DNA of 64,000 nucleotides, from assembly GCA_046539305.1 (NCBI GenBank), contig JBKHHE010000001.1:13150-77149 (forward strand), given 5' to 3'. The position numbers were made by a program, and so were the translations under genes. This document shows, piece after piece, positions 8,816 through 16,187 of this stretch (position 1 is its first letter; each line of letters opens with the position of its first letter). Under the pieces are notes generated by a model that saw only the letters and a program-made list of their open reading frames with translations, had not been told where the DNA came from and searched no databases. The DNA is from Candidatus Aenigmatarchaeota archaeon. GTDB lineage: Archaea > Aenigmatarchaeota > Aenigmatarchaeia > PWEA01.

Positions 8816-9077
8816 GTCTTGCCCAAACGGCGTGACTCGCGGACTTCTCCCGTGTGTTTTACAATCCGTCTCACATACGCCCCCTGCCTGATCAAAACAG
8901 GTCTGATAGGACGTACGCTCCGCGCCTTAAAAAGACAGACTCGACCTTTTATCTCCCCTGCATACATATCTTTGTTTTCGAGGTATTTAACTTTAAAATC
9001 TGGGAAGGTTGGTTTATGGTTTTTATGGAAACGGTGGATGAGCAGCCTTCCTGGGACCCGATCCCTCCGGAACGCAG

Positions 9078-9451
9078 TCAGTGCTGCTCCCCTTCTTCAC
9101 TCACGAACAGGAGTGGAAAGATTATATCACTGGCACAGCACGGGAGCCAGACGGCCACAAACAGAAGGATGAACGCGAAAGGTAGTATAGGAATCCAGTT
9201 TTCGGTGCACCGGAAAGACCTATCAAAACAGCGGCCCATACGTTTCCTCTGTACTTTCTGTACAGTGCCGTGGTCATTATCGCACTGAAAAGGATATGGG
9301 GAGAATGGAGAACGTGGAAAATAGTGTGCGAAGCTTCCTGTGACAGGCCTACAAATATCATAAGAACCATGAGCAGTGTTCCCGTAAGAGCTCCTATCGT
9401 CGTGAACGGCATGTGTCGCTTAAGTTCAGCAAGAATCTTCTTTACGTTCAA
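9078..9451 (-). pseudogene. Small polytopic membrane protein with an apparent frameshift
   Basis: The tracked ORF 9122-9451 ends in a non-hydrophobic tail. Another frame continues as ENWIPILPFAFILLFVAVWLPCCASDIIFPLLFVSEEGEQH* (stop at 9078-9080). Confidence 0.4.
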
Positions 9452-9547
9452 ACTTCCACCTTTCTTCTCTTCTTTGCCCGACTTGATAAAGCTAAGCTCT
9501 TTTCAAAGAGGTCCTGTCAACCTGCCTGAGATCTGTCCTGAGGGAGA

Positions 9548-9688
9548 TTATTTTTCGTAGGTGTATACTTCTGCACCTGATTTGGGGTTGTAAAGCTTGA
9601 CCTTCTCTTCGTTTTCCCACATTTCAAGATCAAGGAAGTTGTCCACATGTTCATAGCCGTTTCTTTTCAAGCTTTCTCTATTTACCAT
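9548..9688 (-). CDS. Candidate 46-aa leaderless small ORF
   Basis: MVNRESLKRNGYEHVDNFLDLEMWENEEKVKLYNPKSGAEVYTYEK. TATA-like GATTTAAAGC ~25 nt upstream. Not in ORF track. Confidence 0.3.
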   Translation of the reverse strand: MVNRESLKRNGYEHVDNFLDLEMWENEEKVKLYNPKSGAEVYTYEK

Positions 9689-9736
9689 AATTTGGAATCT
9701 CTTCCCGAGCTTTAAATCTCTTGAAGGACAGAGGCT

Positions 9737-9774
9737 CGGTTCGGAGGGAACCCTTCAGAAGGAAAAACGAACCG
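9737..9774. promoter_or_regulatory. Inverted repeat CGGTTCG-N24-CGAACCG in a divergent intergenic region
   Basis: 7-bp perfect arms between the promoters of 9548-9688 (-) and 9827 (+). Confidence 0.25.
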
Positions 9775-9826
9775 CAGAAAATACTCAAAGTATAAATTCT
9801 TTCAGAATAAATCCTATCAAGATAAT

Positions 9827-10165
9827 ATGAGGCTGGGAGATATAAAGGAAGTCGAATACATCGGTATGGACGAGGGAGAGGAGGAATATGCCAGGGAAGT
9901 AATCAATAAAACGGGCGTGGATATAAAAAATGAGGCTTTTCCTGAACCAAAGATAAAGGTTAAGCCCGAAGAGATCGTGAAGAGCACTGGAATCGTTGCC
10001 CTGGGAATTTATCCTTCCAAGGAAATTCCCTTCGATAAGGTAGACGTGGAGAGTTCGGGCTCGGTAAAGGAAGTTGAAGCCAGACAAGAAGGACGCGTGG
10101 ACATCTACGAGGAATTTGACAACAGTCTCCTTTCCTGTCTGAGGGTTTACCTGAATCCTGAGTAG
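9827..10165 (+). CDS. Hypothetical acidic protein
   Basis: 112-aa ORF. TATA-like AGTATAAATTC ~30 nt upstream. Confidence 0.5.
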   Translation: MRLGDIKEVEYIGMDEGEEEYAREVINKTGVDIKNEAFPEPKIKVKPEEIVKSTGIVALGIYPSKEIPFDKVDVESSGSVKEVEARQEGRVDIYEEFDNSLLSCLRVYLNPE

Positions 10166-10227
10166 GTCGAGAGAAAGGCCTCGGAATGAGGACTAAAGTT
10201 ATTTAATCTCATCGGGAATTTTATTTC

Positions 10228-10470
10228 ATGTGGCACCTTTACATCCTCCGACTCTCTGACGGCTCGCTGTACACCGGGATATCAAAGGATCTGGAGCGTC
10301 GGTTGGAGGAACATCGCAGCGGTGAGGGAAGCAAGTACGTACGGAGCAGGCTGCCGTGCGAGCTGGTCTACAAAGAGGAGCACGGGGATAGAAGCTCTGC
10401 ATTGAAGCGCGAGGCGGAGATAAAAAGCTGGCCAAAGGAAAGGAAAGAGAAGCTGGCTAAGAACAAATAA
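10228..10470 (+). CDS. GIY-YIG nuclease superfamily protein (stand-alone, UPF0213-like)
   Basis: WHLYILRLSDGSLYTGISKDLERRLEEH...ALKREAEIKSW. Confidence 0.8.
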   Translation: MWHLYILRLSDGSLYTGISKDLERRLEEHRSGEGSKYVRSRLPCELVYKEEHGDRSSALKREAEIKSWPKERKEKLAKNK

Positions 10471-10485
10471 CCACTCACGACCTTA

Positions 10486-10836
10486 CTATCCTTCCTCGGA
10501 CGTGTGTTCCTTTCCCCTCTCCTTGAGCCGTTCTATCTTCTCGTCGATGGTTTCAACGATGTCGATGTTCAGGAGGTTGGCCATAGCTATGCTGTAGATT
10601 AGAATGTCTGCGAGCTCCCTGCGGACCTCAAGGAACTTGTCTTCCTCCCTTATTTTCTCCTGTATCTCTTTCTCCTCCGTGAAGTAGAAGTGCTCCATGA
10701 GTTCCGATGCTTCTATGGAGATGGCCATGGAGAGGTCCTTGGGCGCGTCGTACTTCCTCCAGCCTTTTCCCTCTCTGAAGTCCATGATCCTCTGCCTGAG
10801 TTCTTCAAAGGTCGTTTCCTCGTCCTTCATGGACAA
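10486..10836 (-). CDS. MazG-like nucleotide pyrophosphohydrolase
   Basis: All-alpha MazG signature: SIEASELMEHF ... ELADILIYSIAMANLLNIDI. Confidence 0.75.
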   Translation of the reverse strand: MSMKDEETTFEELRQRIMDFREGKGWRKYDAPKDLSMAISIEASELMEHFYFTEEKEIQEKIREEDKFLEVRRELADILIYSIAMANLLNIDIVETIDEKIERLKERGKEHTSEEG

Positions 10837-10874
10837 AGCTTTGACTCAGAAATTTATAAGGATTTGCAGGCTTC

Positions 10875-12188
10875 CTACAGGACCGTTATGCCCAGGTGTT
10901 CTAGAACGTTTATGACTACCACGAAGCCCGTCACCACCAGGATGGGTACGCGGACATACCAGAGCCAGACGTTCACCAGTCTTTCGGACTCCATGCCCTT
11001 CCTGAGCTCTTCCTTCGCGCCGTCGTAGAACCACCCCACGAAGAGAACGAACAAGAACATTCCGAGAGGAAGGAGAATCTGATAGACGAAGTCATCGTAG
11101 ACGGCCAAGAGGTCCGCCTGGAGAGCTACAGGAACTCCGGCGAGGAAGATCAGTGCAGCGACTCCCACGGAAGCAAACTTCCTCTCGATGTCGTAGGTGT
11201 CGACTACGTAGGAAACCACAACCTCGAGTATGCTTATAGCGCTGGACACCGCAGCTATGAAAACCGTGAAAAACAGGAGGAAGCCTATTACACGTCCTCC
11301 AGGTATACTGGCTACAGCCTCCCCCACGCCCACAAACAGTGCACCGGCCCCGGCCTCCATGGGTTCAAGGCCTATTGTAAATATCATTGGGAATACGACG
11401 AGACCTGCCATTATAGCAATTATACTGTCAAGACCTGTTATTGAGGCGGCGTCCTCGGCCAGGTTCTTGTCCTCGTCGAGGTAAGAAGAATAGGTCAGCA
11501 TCACCCCCATACCCAGGGACAGCGTGAAGAAGGCCTGGCCGGCGGCCTCGGAGAGTATGGAGGTCCAGTTCTGTGCCAGGTAGCCTAGATCAGGGGAGAG
11601 GTAGTAGGCGTATCCCAGTCCCGAACCTTCCAGGAAGAAGGCGTAGATTCCCAGGACCACGAGTAGGACGACTATCGATGGAACCATGAACTTGACAGAC
11701 TTCTCTATGCCCTTTCTGATCCCGAGTGCGATTATTCCCGCAACCACAGCCATGAATATGAAATGGAATAGAACGGCTCCTGCACCCTCCGAAATAACCT
11801 CAAAGTATCCCGCGACATTCGTGAAGTATCCGCCCGTGAGGCTGCTTCCCGCGTACCTCAGGACCCAGCCCCCAACCACGCTGTAGTAGGCTAGTACGAT
11901 GAATACGGTAGCTATACTCAAGACCCCCGCGAACTTCCACTTCTCATGTCCGATCTCTTTGAACGCGCCTATGGGGTTCCTGTTCGCTCTCCTCCCTATT
12001 ACAAATTCGACAAGAATCGCCGGGAAACCTATCAGGAATACGAAGGCAAGGTATATTGCTACAAAGGCCGCCCCGCCCGCTTCACCTACCCTGAAGGGAA
12101 AACGCCAGACGTTTCCGAGGCCTACAGCGCTTCCTACCGCAGCAAATATGAAGCCAAGTCTGGTCTTCCAGCTTTCCCTCTTGAGCAT
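10875..12188 (-). CDS. Sodium-dependent transporter, SNF (neurotransmitter:Na+ symporter) family
   Basis: GSAVGLGNVWRFPF signature and about 11-12 TM helices. Confidence 0.9.
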   Translation of the reverse strand: MLKRESWKTRLGFIFAAVGSAVGLGNVWRFPFRVGEAGGAAFVAIYLAFVFLIGFPAILVEFVIGRRANRNPIGAFKEIGHEKWKFAGVLSIATVFIVLAYYSVVGGWVLRYAGSSLTGGYFTNVAGYFEVISEGAGAVLFHFIFMAVVAGIIALGIRKGIEKSVKFMVPSIVVLLVVLGIYAFFLEGSGLGYAYYLSPDLGYLAQNWTSILSEAAGQAFFTLSLGMGVMLTYSSYLDEDKNLAEDAASITGLDSIIAIMAGLVVFPMIFTIGLEPMEAGAGALFVGVGEAVASIPGGRVIGFLLFFTVFIAAVSSAISILEVVVSYVVDTYDIERKFASVGVAALIFLAGVPVALQADLLAVYDDFVYQILLPLGMFLFVLFVGWFYDGAKEELRKGMESERLVNVWLWYVRVPILVVTGFVVVINVLEHLGITVL

Positions 12189-12296
12189 ACAGTTCTACTC
12201 TCAAATTCGTTGTATAAAAAAATAATGAAATCTCGCCCAAAGATATAAGTTGTGGGAGACAATAACCTATATAACTTCAAAGGTCTTCCGGGAAAT

Positions 12297-12470
12297 ATGA
12301 CGGGAAAGAGAAGGCTTGCACAGGCGCTGGTTGTACTGGGATTTTTATTGCTCCTAGTCGAAGTAAAACTCGGCATATCTGACAGTGCCCTACTAATTCC
12401 TCTGGCCGTTCTCCTCATACTTATAGGAAGCTTCTTCTGGCTTGGGTGTATAGAGAAGGGGGAAATGTAG
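12297..12470 (+). CDS. Small membrane protein (2 TM)
   Basis: MTGKRRLAQALVVLGFLLLLV...LLILIGSFFWLG. ATG 12297 is preceded by CCTATATAAC ~27 nt upstream. The ORF track starts at GTG 12252. Confidence 0.4.
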   Translation: MTGKRRLAQALVVLGFLLLLVEVKLGISDSALLIPLAVLLILIGSFFWLGCIEKGEM

Positions 12471-12549
12471 CAGTTATACCGGTATGCCAGCGGCTAGAAA
12501 GTATAAAAATCTCTCACGGAACAGGGTCCAAAGACCATTAACCATAACC

Positions 12550-12575
12550 TTTAAATAGTAGAAATGTTATTACTA
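12550..12575 (+). promoter_or_regulatory. Shared promoter/leader element, copy A (TTTAAATAGTAGAAATGTTATTACTA)
   Basis: Matches copy B at 47787-47812 at 25 of 26 positions. Contains a TATA box 40 nt upstream of ATG 12590. Confidence 0.6.
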
Positions 12576-12589
12576 TATCGTGATAAATT

Positions 12590-12856
12590 ATGAGTCTTTT
12601 TGGAGGAGTTCCGGGAGAAGACGAGAAGAAAGGTAGGAAAGACGTATCCATTATTTCCGTTGAGGAGGACCCTATAGACAGGAGTTTAGATGTTCCAGAA
12701 GAGTACCAGGAGAAATGTGCAAAGATAATTGAAAAGCACTACGGAGAAGGAGGGGAAATAGTGACGGAAGACCCCAGTACTATGGAAGGAATTTACAGAA
12801 ACTTGGACCCGGAAGGTCAGGGAAAACTGGACGAACTGCGGAAAGAATTCGAGTAG
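12590..12856 (+). CDS. Hypothetical acidic protein
   Basis: 88-aa ORF behind the shared 26-nt promoter element. Confidence 0.5.
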   Translation: MSLFGGVPGEDEKKGRKDVSIISVEEDPIDRSLDVPEEYQEKCAKIIEKHYGEGGEIVTEDPSTMEGIYRNLDPEGQGKLDELRKEFE

Positions 12857-12918
12857 AACCTCTTGGCCAGTAACTTATATATTCCCGGAGGACTATAGAT
12901 GGAGTGAGGCCCTGAGCC

Positions 12919-13077
12919 ATGTTCCCATTTGAGGGGGATGAACTGGAGGACTTGATACCTCCCACTTACAGGAACTTCTTGGAGTCCACCGGGAAACAGT
13001 TCAGTGTTTTTCAGGAGGTCTGCGAAGGCAGGAGTTACAGGGCAGAGGAAGCCGCGCGAAAAATACTCCGGGGTTAA
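12919..13077 (+). CDS. Candidate 52-aa small ORF
   Basis: MFPFEGDELEDLIPPTYRNFLESTGKQFSVFQEVCEGRSYRAEEAARKILRG. Not in ORF track. Fills an otherwise empty 250-nt gap. Confidence 0.3.
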   Translation: MFPFEGDELEDLIPPTYRNFLESTGKQFSVFQEVCEGRSYRAEEAARKILRG

Positions 13078-13179
13078 ACATTTCTGGTTGGATGGATTCC
13101 TTCTATTTTGGGGCCTGTGGTAAAAAATGAAAGAGGGATTAAAAATTTAAATTCCCGTGTTAAACTAATTCATGATAGA

Positions 13180-13431
13180 ATGTCCAAGGATCTTGAAAAG
13201 ATTTACGAGGAAGCGATTGAAAACGACAAGCCTTACTTTGCCGCCCATTTTGCCGAGTACAATAATCTGGGCCAGGATAGAGTCAAAGGAGCCGCTGCCG
13301 GGGCGGTTGCAGAAGAATTCAGAGATGAAAACTACGAGACTGGAAAGGAAATCGGCAGGAAGTTCGGCCTGGAAGAAGACAAGATCGACAGTATCTTTCA
13401 CGGCCAGTTTCTCGAGGAGGAACTGCTTTAA
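13180..13431 (+). CDS. Hypothetical acidic protein
   Basis: ATG 13180 preferred over TTG 13108 because AAAAATTTAAATT (13141-13153) lies ~30 nt upstream. Confidence 0.5.
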   Translation: MSKDLEKIYEEAIENDKPYFAAHFAEYNNLGQDRVKGAAAGAVAEEFRDENYETGKEIGRKFGLEEDKIDSIFHGQFLEEELL

Positions 13432-13607
13432 TCAGCGAGGAAACCCATCACTTCCCCGGGAATTGGCTGTTCAAGCACTTTCTCAGCTACCGGTCTGTCA
13501 GTAGTTAAGAAGGTAAAAATCTACCAACGAAGTCGTCAAGACCTCGGTGGATATATTTTAGAAGGAAGGCAAAAGAATTAAAATAGTTAAGGGTATTACT
13601 GAATACC

Positions 13608-14042
13608 ATGTTTCCTGAGAACAATAACTTCGAACCTGATGTCTTCGAAAGGGCTGTGGAAGAGGTTTCGCGCAACAGCCGACGGGAATCTCGAGAGAAA
13701 GTTCAGAGGAAGGAAGAGGATCTAAGGGAAAAGGACGAACTCGTGGGCAAGCTTTACTCCTCTCTATCCAAGAGTCCGGAGGAATCCCTCAAAGAGGAGC
13801 TGGGAAATCTTGGTCTTGACTTTGAAACCGATTACAGAGATCCCGATACGGTTCTGAAAGAAGAGCGGCCGGATGTCTATCGAGAAATCAGCGACGAGGA
13901 GATCATGGAGAGGTATGACGATGCGGATAGCGTTGTACTGCAACTCTTCCTGTGTGCCGACTTGGACAGAGAACTCCCAGAAGTCTTATCCTCCAAGAGG
14001 GGGACCAGAGAACTCTACCGAAGGATAAAGGAGGTATTCTGA
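13608..14042 (+). CDS. Hypothetical acidic protein
   Basis: 144-aa ORF. Its promoter resembles the shared element (TTAAAATAGTTAAGGGTATTACT). Confidence 0.55.
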   Translation: MFPENNNFEPDVFERAVEEVSRNSRRESREKVQRKEEDLREKDELVGKLYSSLSKSPEESLKEELGNLGLDFETDYRDPDTVLKEERPDVYREISDEEIMERYDDADSVVLQLFLCADLDRELPEVLSSKRGTRELYRRIKEVF

Positions 14043-14144
14043 GGCTATCCCTCAAATCACGATACTTTTCTTCCTTCCCATAATCTTCAATACAGAATAT
14101 GTTGAAATTCTTTATATTTCTGGAAAATAAGGCTAAAAATGGCC

Positions 14145-14176
14145 AGAAATTCGAAATTTCAGGGTCTTGAATTTCT
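14145..14176. promoter_or_regulatory. Inverted repeat AGAAATTC-N16-GAATTTCT upstream of hsp20 (GAAnnTTC-type)
   Basis: Perfect 8-bp arms at 14145-14152 and 14169-14176, ~30 nt upstream of the hsp20 TATA (14207-14214). Confidence 0.4.
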
Positions 14177-14267
14177 ACTTTCTCAACTACTGTCTGTTAG
14201 GAAACCTTTAAATATCATAAATGTAATTTTTATTTACGTAAACACAAAATCCTACTAAATCTTTCGT

Positions 14268-14276
14268 GGAGGTGAT
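14268..14276 (+). promoter_or_regulatory. Shine-Dalgarno GGAGGTGAT of hsp20
   Basis: Complementary to the conserved archaeal 16S 3' end. Lies 5 nt before ATG 14282. Confidence 0.7.
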
Positions 14277-14281
14277 TATAG

Positions 14282-14713
14282 ATGCCGATAAAAGATCCTT
14301 TCAAGGAGCTCGAAGAGATGCAGGAGAGGATGAACAAGCTCATGAAGAACTTCTGGGAAAGAGGTCCCAGGGCAGCAGGAACCATGAGAGGCTTTCCAGT
14401 AGACGTCCGCGAGGAAAACGGTACCATGGTTGTAGAGGCTGATCTCCCAGGAATAAGCAAGGAAAACGTCGCGGTGAAGGCCAGGGACAACAGACTGATG
14501 ATCTCTGCTCAGGAAGAAAAAGAAGAGCAGGAAGAAAGCGAGAACTACTACAGGCGCGAGCGGAGCAAGAGAGGCCTCAAGAGGACTGTAGCCCTTCCAG
14601 AAGGCGTAAAAGAGGAGGAAGCCGAGGCAGAGATGGAGGACGGTGTTCTCAGGGTGACAATGCCCAAGAAGGAGAAGAAAGAAGAAAAAAGCAAGGAGAT
14701 AGAGGTCGAGTAA
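14282..14713 (+). CDS. hsp20: Small heat-shock protein, Hsp20/alpha-crystallin family
   Basis: Alpha-crystallin core VDVREENGTMVVEADLPGISKENVAV...GVLRVTMPKK. Strong SD GGAGGTGAT. Confidence 0.9.
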   Translation: MPIKDPFKELEEMQERMNKLMKNFWERGPRAAGTMRGFPVDVREENGTMVVEADLPGISKENVAVKARDNRLMISAQEEKEEQEESENYYRRERSKRGLKRTVALPEGVKEEEAEAEMEDGVLRVTMPKKEKKEEKSKEIEVE

Positions 14714-14718
14714 ACCTC

Positions 14719-14737
14719 CTTTATTTCTTTTTCTGTA
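14719..14737 (+). terminator. Oligo-T tract after hsp20
   Basis: CTTTATTTCTTTTTCTG directly after the stop. Archaeal intrinsic terminators are T-runs. Confidence 0.4.
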
Positions 14738-14786
14738 TAACCGCAACACCCCAAGCTTAAAATACTTTCAGGTATAACATCAAGGT

Positions 14787-15203
14787 ATGCTTCCGGATAT
14801 TACTAGAGTTACTCGGATGCGATATATATCAAAAGTCGGCGGATGTTCCGAGTCGGAGTATCTGACCGACCGGGATATAGGGATGAACTACAGGGCACTG
14901 GAGCAAATAGACGGTTTACAACCCCGAAGTCCCGTTATCGTCAAACTTAAATCGGAAAGGAAGGACCCTCTCTTCACCAGAGATCAATTCACGGTGAGAC
15001 CGCTCTACGAGAACCAGGATGGATTTTTTAAAACAGAAGATGGAAGCGTAGTGTTCTCCGATCTGCTTGAGAAGAAGAGGAAGGGAAGGATGAAGGTGGG
15101 GGAAAGCCTGGAAATAGTTGAGACAAGAGATGTACCAAACAACTGGATAGAGGAAGTGTGGAAAAAGAAAGGCGTCTTCAAGGACCTAAGAGATCCGTAT
15201 TAA
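14787..15203 (+). CDS. Hypothetical protein
   Basis: 138-aa ORF. TATA-like GCTTAAAATAC ~28 nt upstream. 3' end overlaps rtcA convergently by 18 nt. Confidence 0.5.
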   Translation: MLPDITRVTRMRYISKVGGCSESEYLTDRDIGMNYRALEQIDGLQPRSPVIVKLKSERKDPLFTRDQFTVRPLYENQDGFFKTEDGSVVFSDLLEKKRKGRMKVGESLEIVETRDVPNNWIEEVWKKKGVFKDLRDPY

Positions 15204-16187
15204 TTTTTCTTCCATAGAGAAGTCCAGGTCCAGGAACTTCTCTACCACCCATCTGTTCGTCAGAAAGTGATCCGTAACCTCTGCTACTTTGATCTCTCCG
15301 CCAGCTATAGCGAGAAAGGGCAGGAGCTGGTCCGCGGCGTACCTGTCCACTGTGACTTCTTTGTTCCTCAGGAGGTCTTTCGCGGCCTTCCTCCCAACTT
15401 TTTCAGCAGGCTTCCCTTTCTCTCCGAGGCCGTTTCCTCCGATGAGGGAGTTTTCGGTTTTTAACCAGAGCTGAATGCCTGAGCCGGGGCATTGAGCGTC
15501 GCAATAATTAGCTTTGATTCGTGGTTCCACCTCAAGTTCTTCCCGTAGGGCTTTCCTTGAAGCCTCGGCCTGACGGTCAGCGACATTCGCTTTACTTAGG
15601 TGGTTTGAGGCGTGGGATATACCACCTGCCCCCCTTATCTCACCTCTATCCGTCAGGTCGAACCGCTTCAAATCCGACCCTTTACTCCTGAATATCACCT
15701 CTCCTCCACCCTTAGGGTAGTATCCTCTCCGCTTCAACTCAAGCTCGCAGTCATATCCATGAGCATTGAGAATAGGTAGCAAGATCTTCCTTATGTAGTC
15801 CACGGATGGACTCCACTTTACATCGGTCCCTCCCTTTATCCTTATCTCCATTTTCCTGTCGCAGCGTAGCATCGGGACGAGAAGTGACTGTAGAAGAAGG
15901 GTTACCGAGCCGGCCGTCCCTATGTCCACTGTCATGTCCCGGGGCTGGAAACTCTCGGGAGCGAACTCCACTTCTTCACTGCCTTTGTTCGCGCCCTCGA
16001 CCTCGGCTCCGGAAAGCTCGGCCAGGGTCTCCACGCACTTGACGTGTTGCGGACGAAGTCCTGGAGTCGGCCGGTTCGCCCTTATCCTGTAGATTCTCGT
16101 TGGTTTCCCCGTGTAAACGGACAGGGAAAGTGCTGTCCTGACTATCTGCCCGCCACCTTCTCTGTAGCTCCCATCAACGTCTATCAT
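15186..16187 (-). CDS. rtcA: RNA 3'-terminal phosphate cyclase
   Basis: MIDVDGSYREGGGQIVRTALSLS N-terminus and a length typical of RtcA. Confidence 0.9.
   Translation of the reverse strand: MIDVDGSYREGGGQIVRTALSLSVYTGKPTRIYRIRANRPTPGLRPQHVKCVETLAELSGAEVEGANKGSEEVEFAPESFQPRDMTVDIGTAGSVTLLLQSLLVPMLRCDRKMEIRIKGGTDVKWSPSVDYIRKILLPILNAHGYDCELELKRRGYYPKGGGEVIFRSKGSDLKRFDLTDRGEIRGAGGISHASNHLSKANVADRQAEASRKALREELEVEPRIKANYCDAQCPGSGIQLWLKTENSLIGGNGLGEKGKPAEKVGRKAAKDLLRNKEVTVDRYAADQLLPFLAIAGGEIKVAEVTDHFLTNRWVVEKFLDLDFSMEEKLIRIS

Noticed and set aside
8700-8960. Possible RNase P or SRP RNA. The - strand has GGGAGAAGUCCGCG (8841-8856), reminiscent of the RNase P CR-I box GAGGAAAGUCC, and GGGCAAGGAAGGUAGCCC, reminiscent of the SRP helix 8 apex.
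   Set aside because: I could not find the partner elements: the CR-V ACAGAAnCCGGCUUA P4 pairing, the CR-II/III GNRA modules, or a GGAA tetraloop closed by a stem. An internal T5 run would also terminate transcription early. This needs an Infernal scan before any claim.
12581-12592. Recurrent RTGATARA motif immediately before ATGs (12590, 13180, 43538, 47826), considered as a novel start-site signal.
   Set aside because: GUGAU is the 3' part of the extended archaeal Shine-Dalgarno (GGAGGUGAUC, complementary to the 16S 3' end). So this is most simply a partial SD, not a new element.
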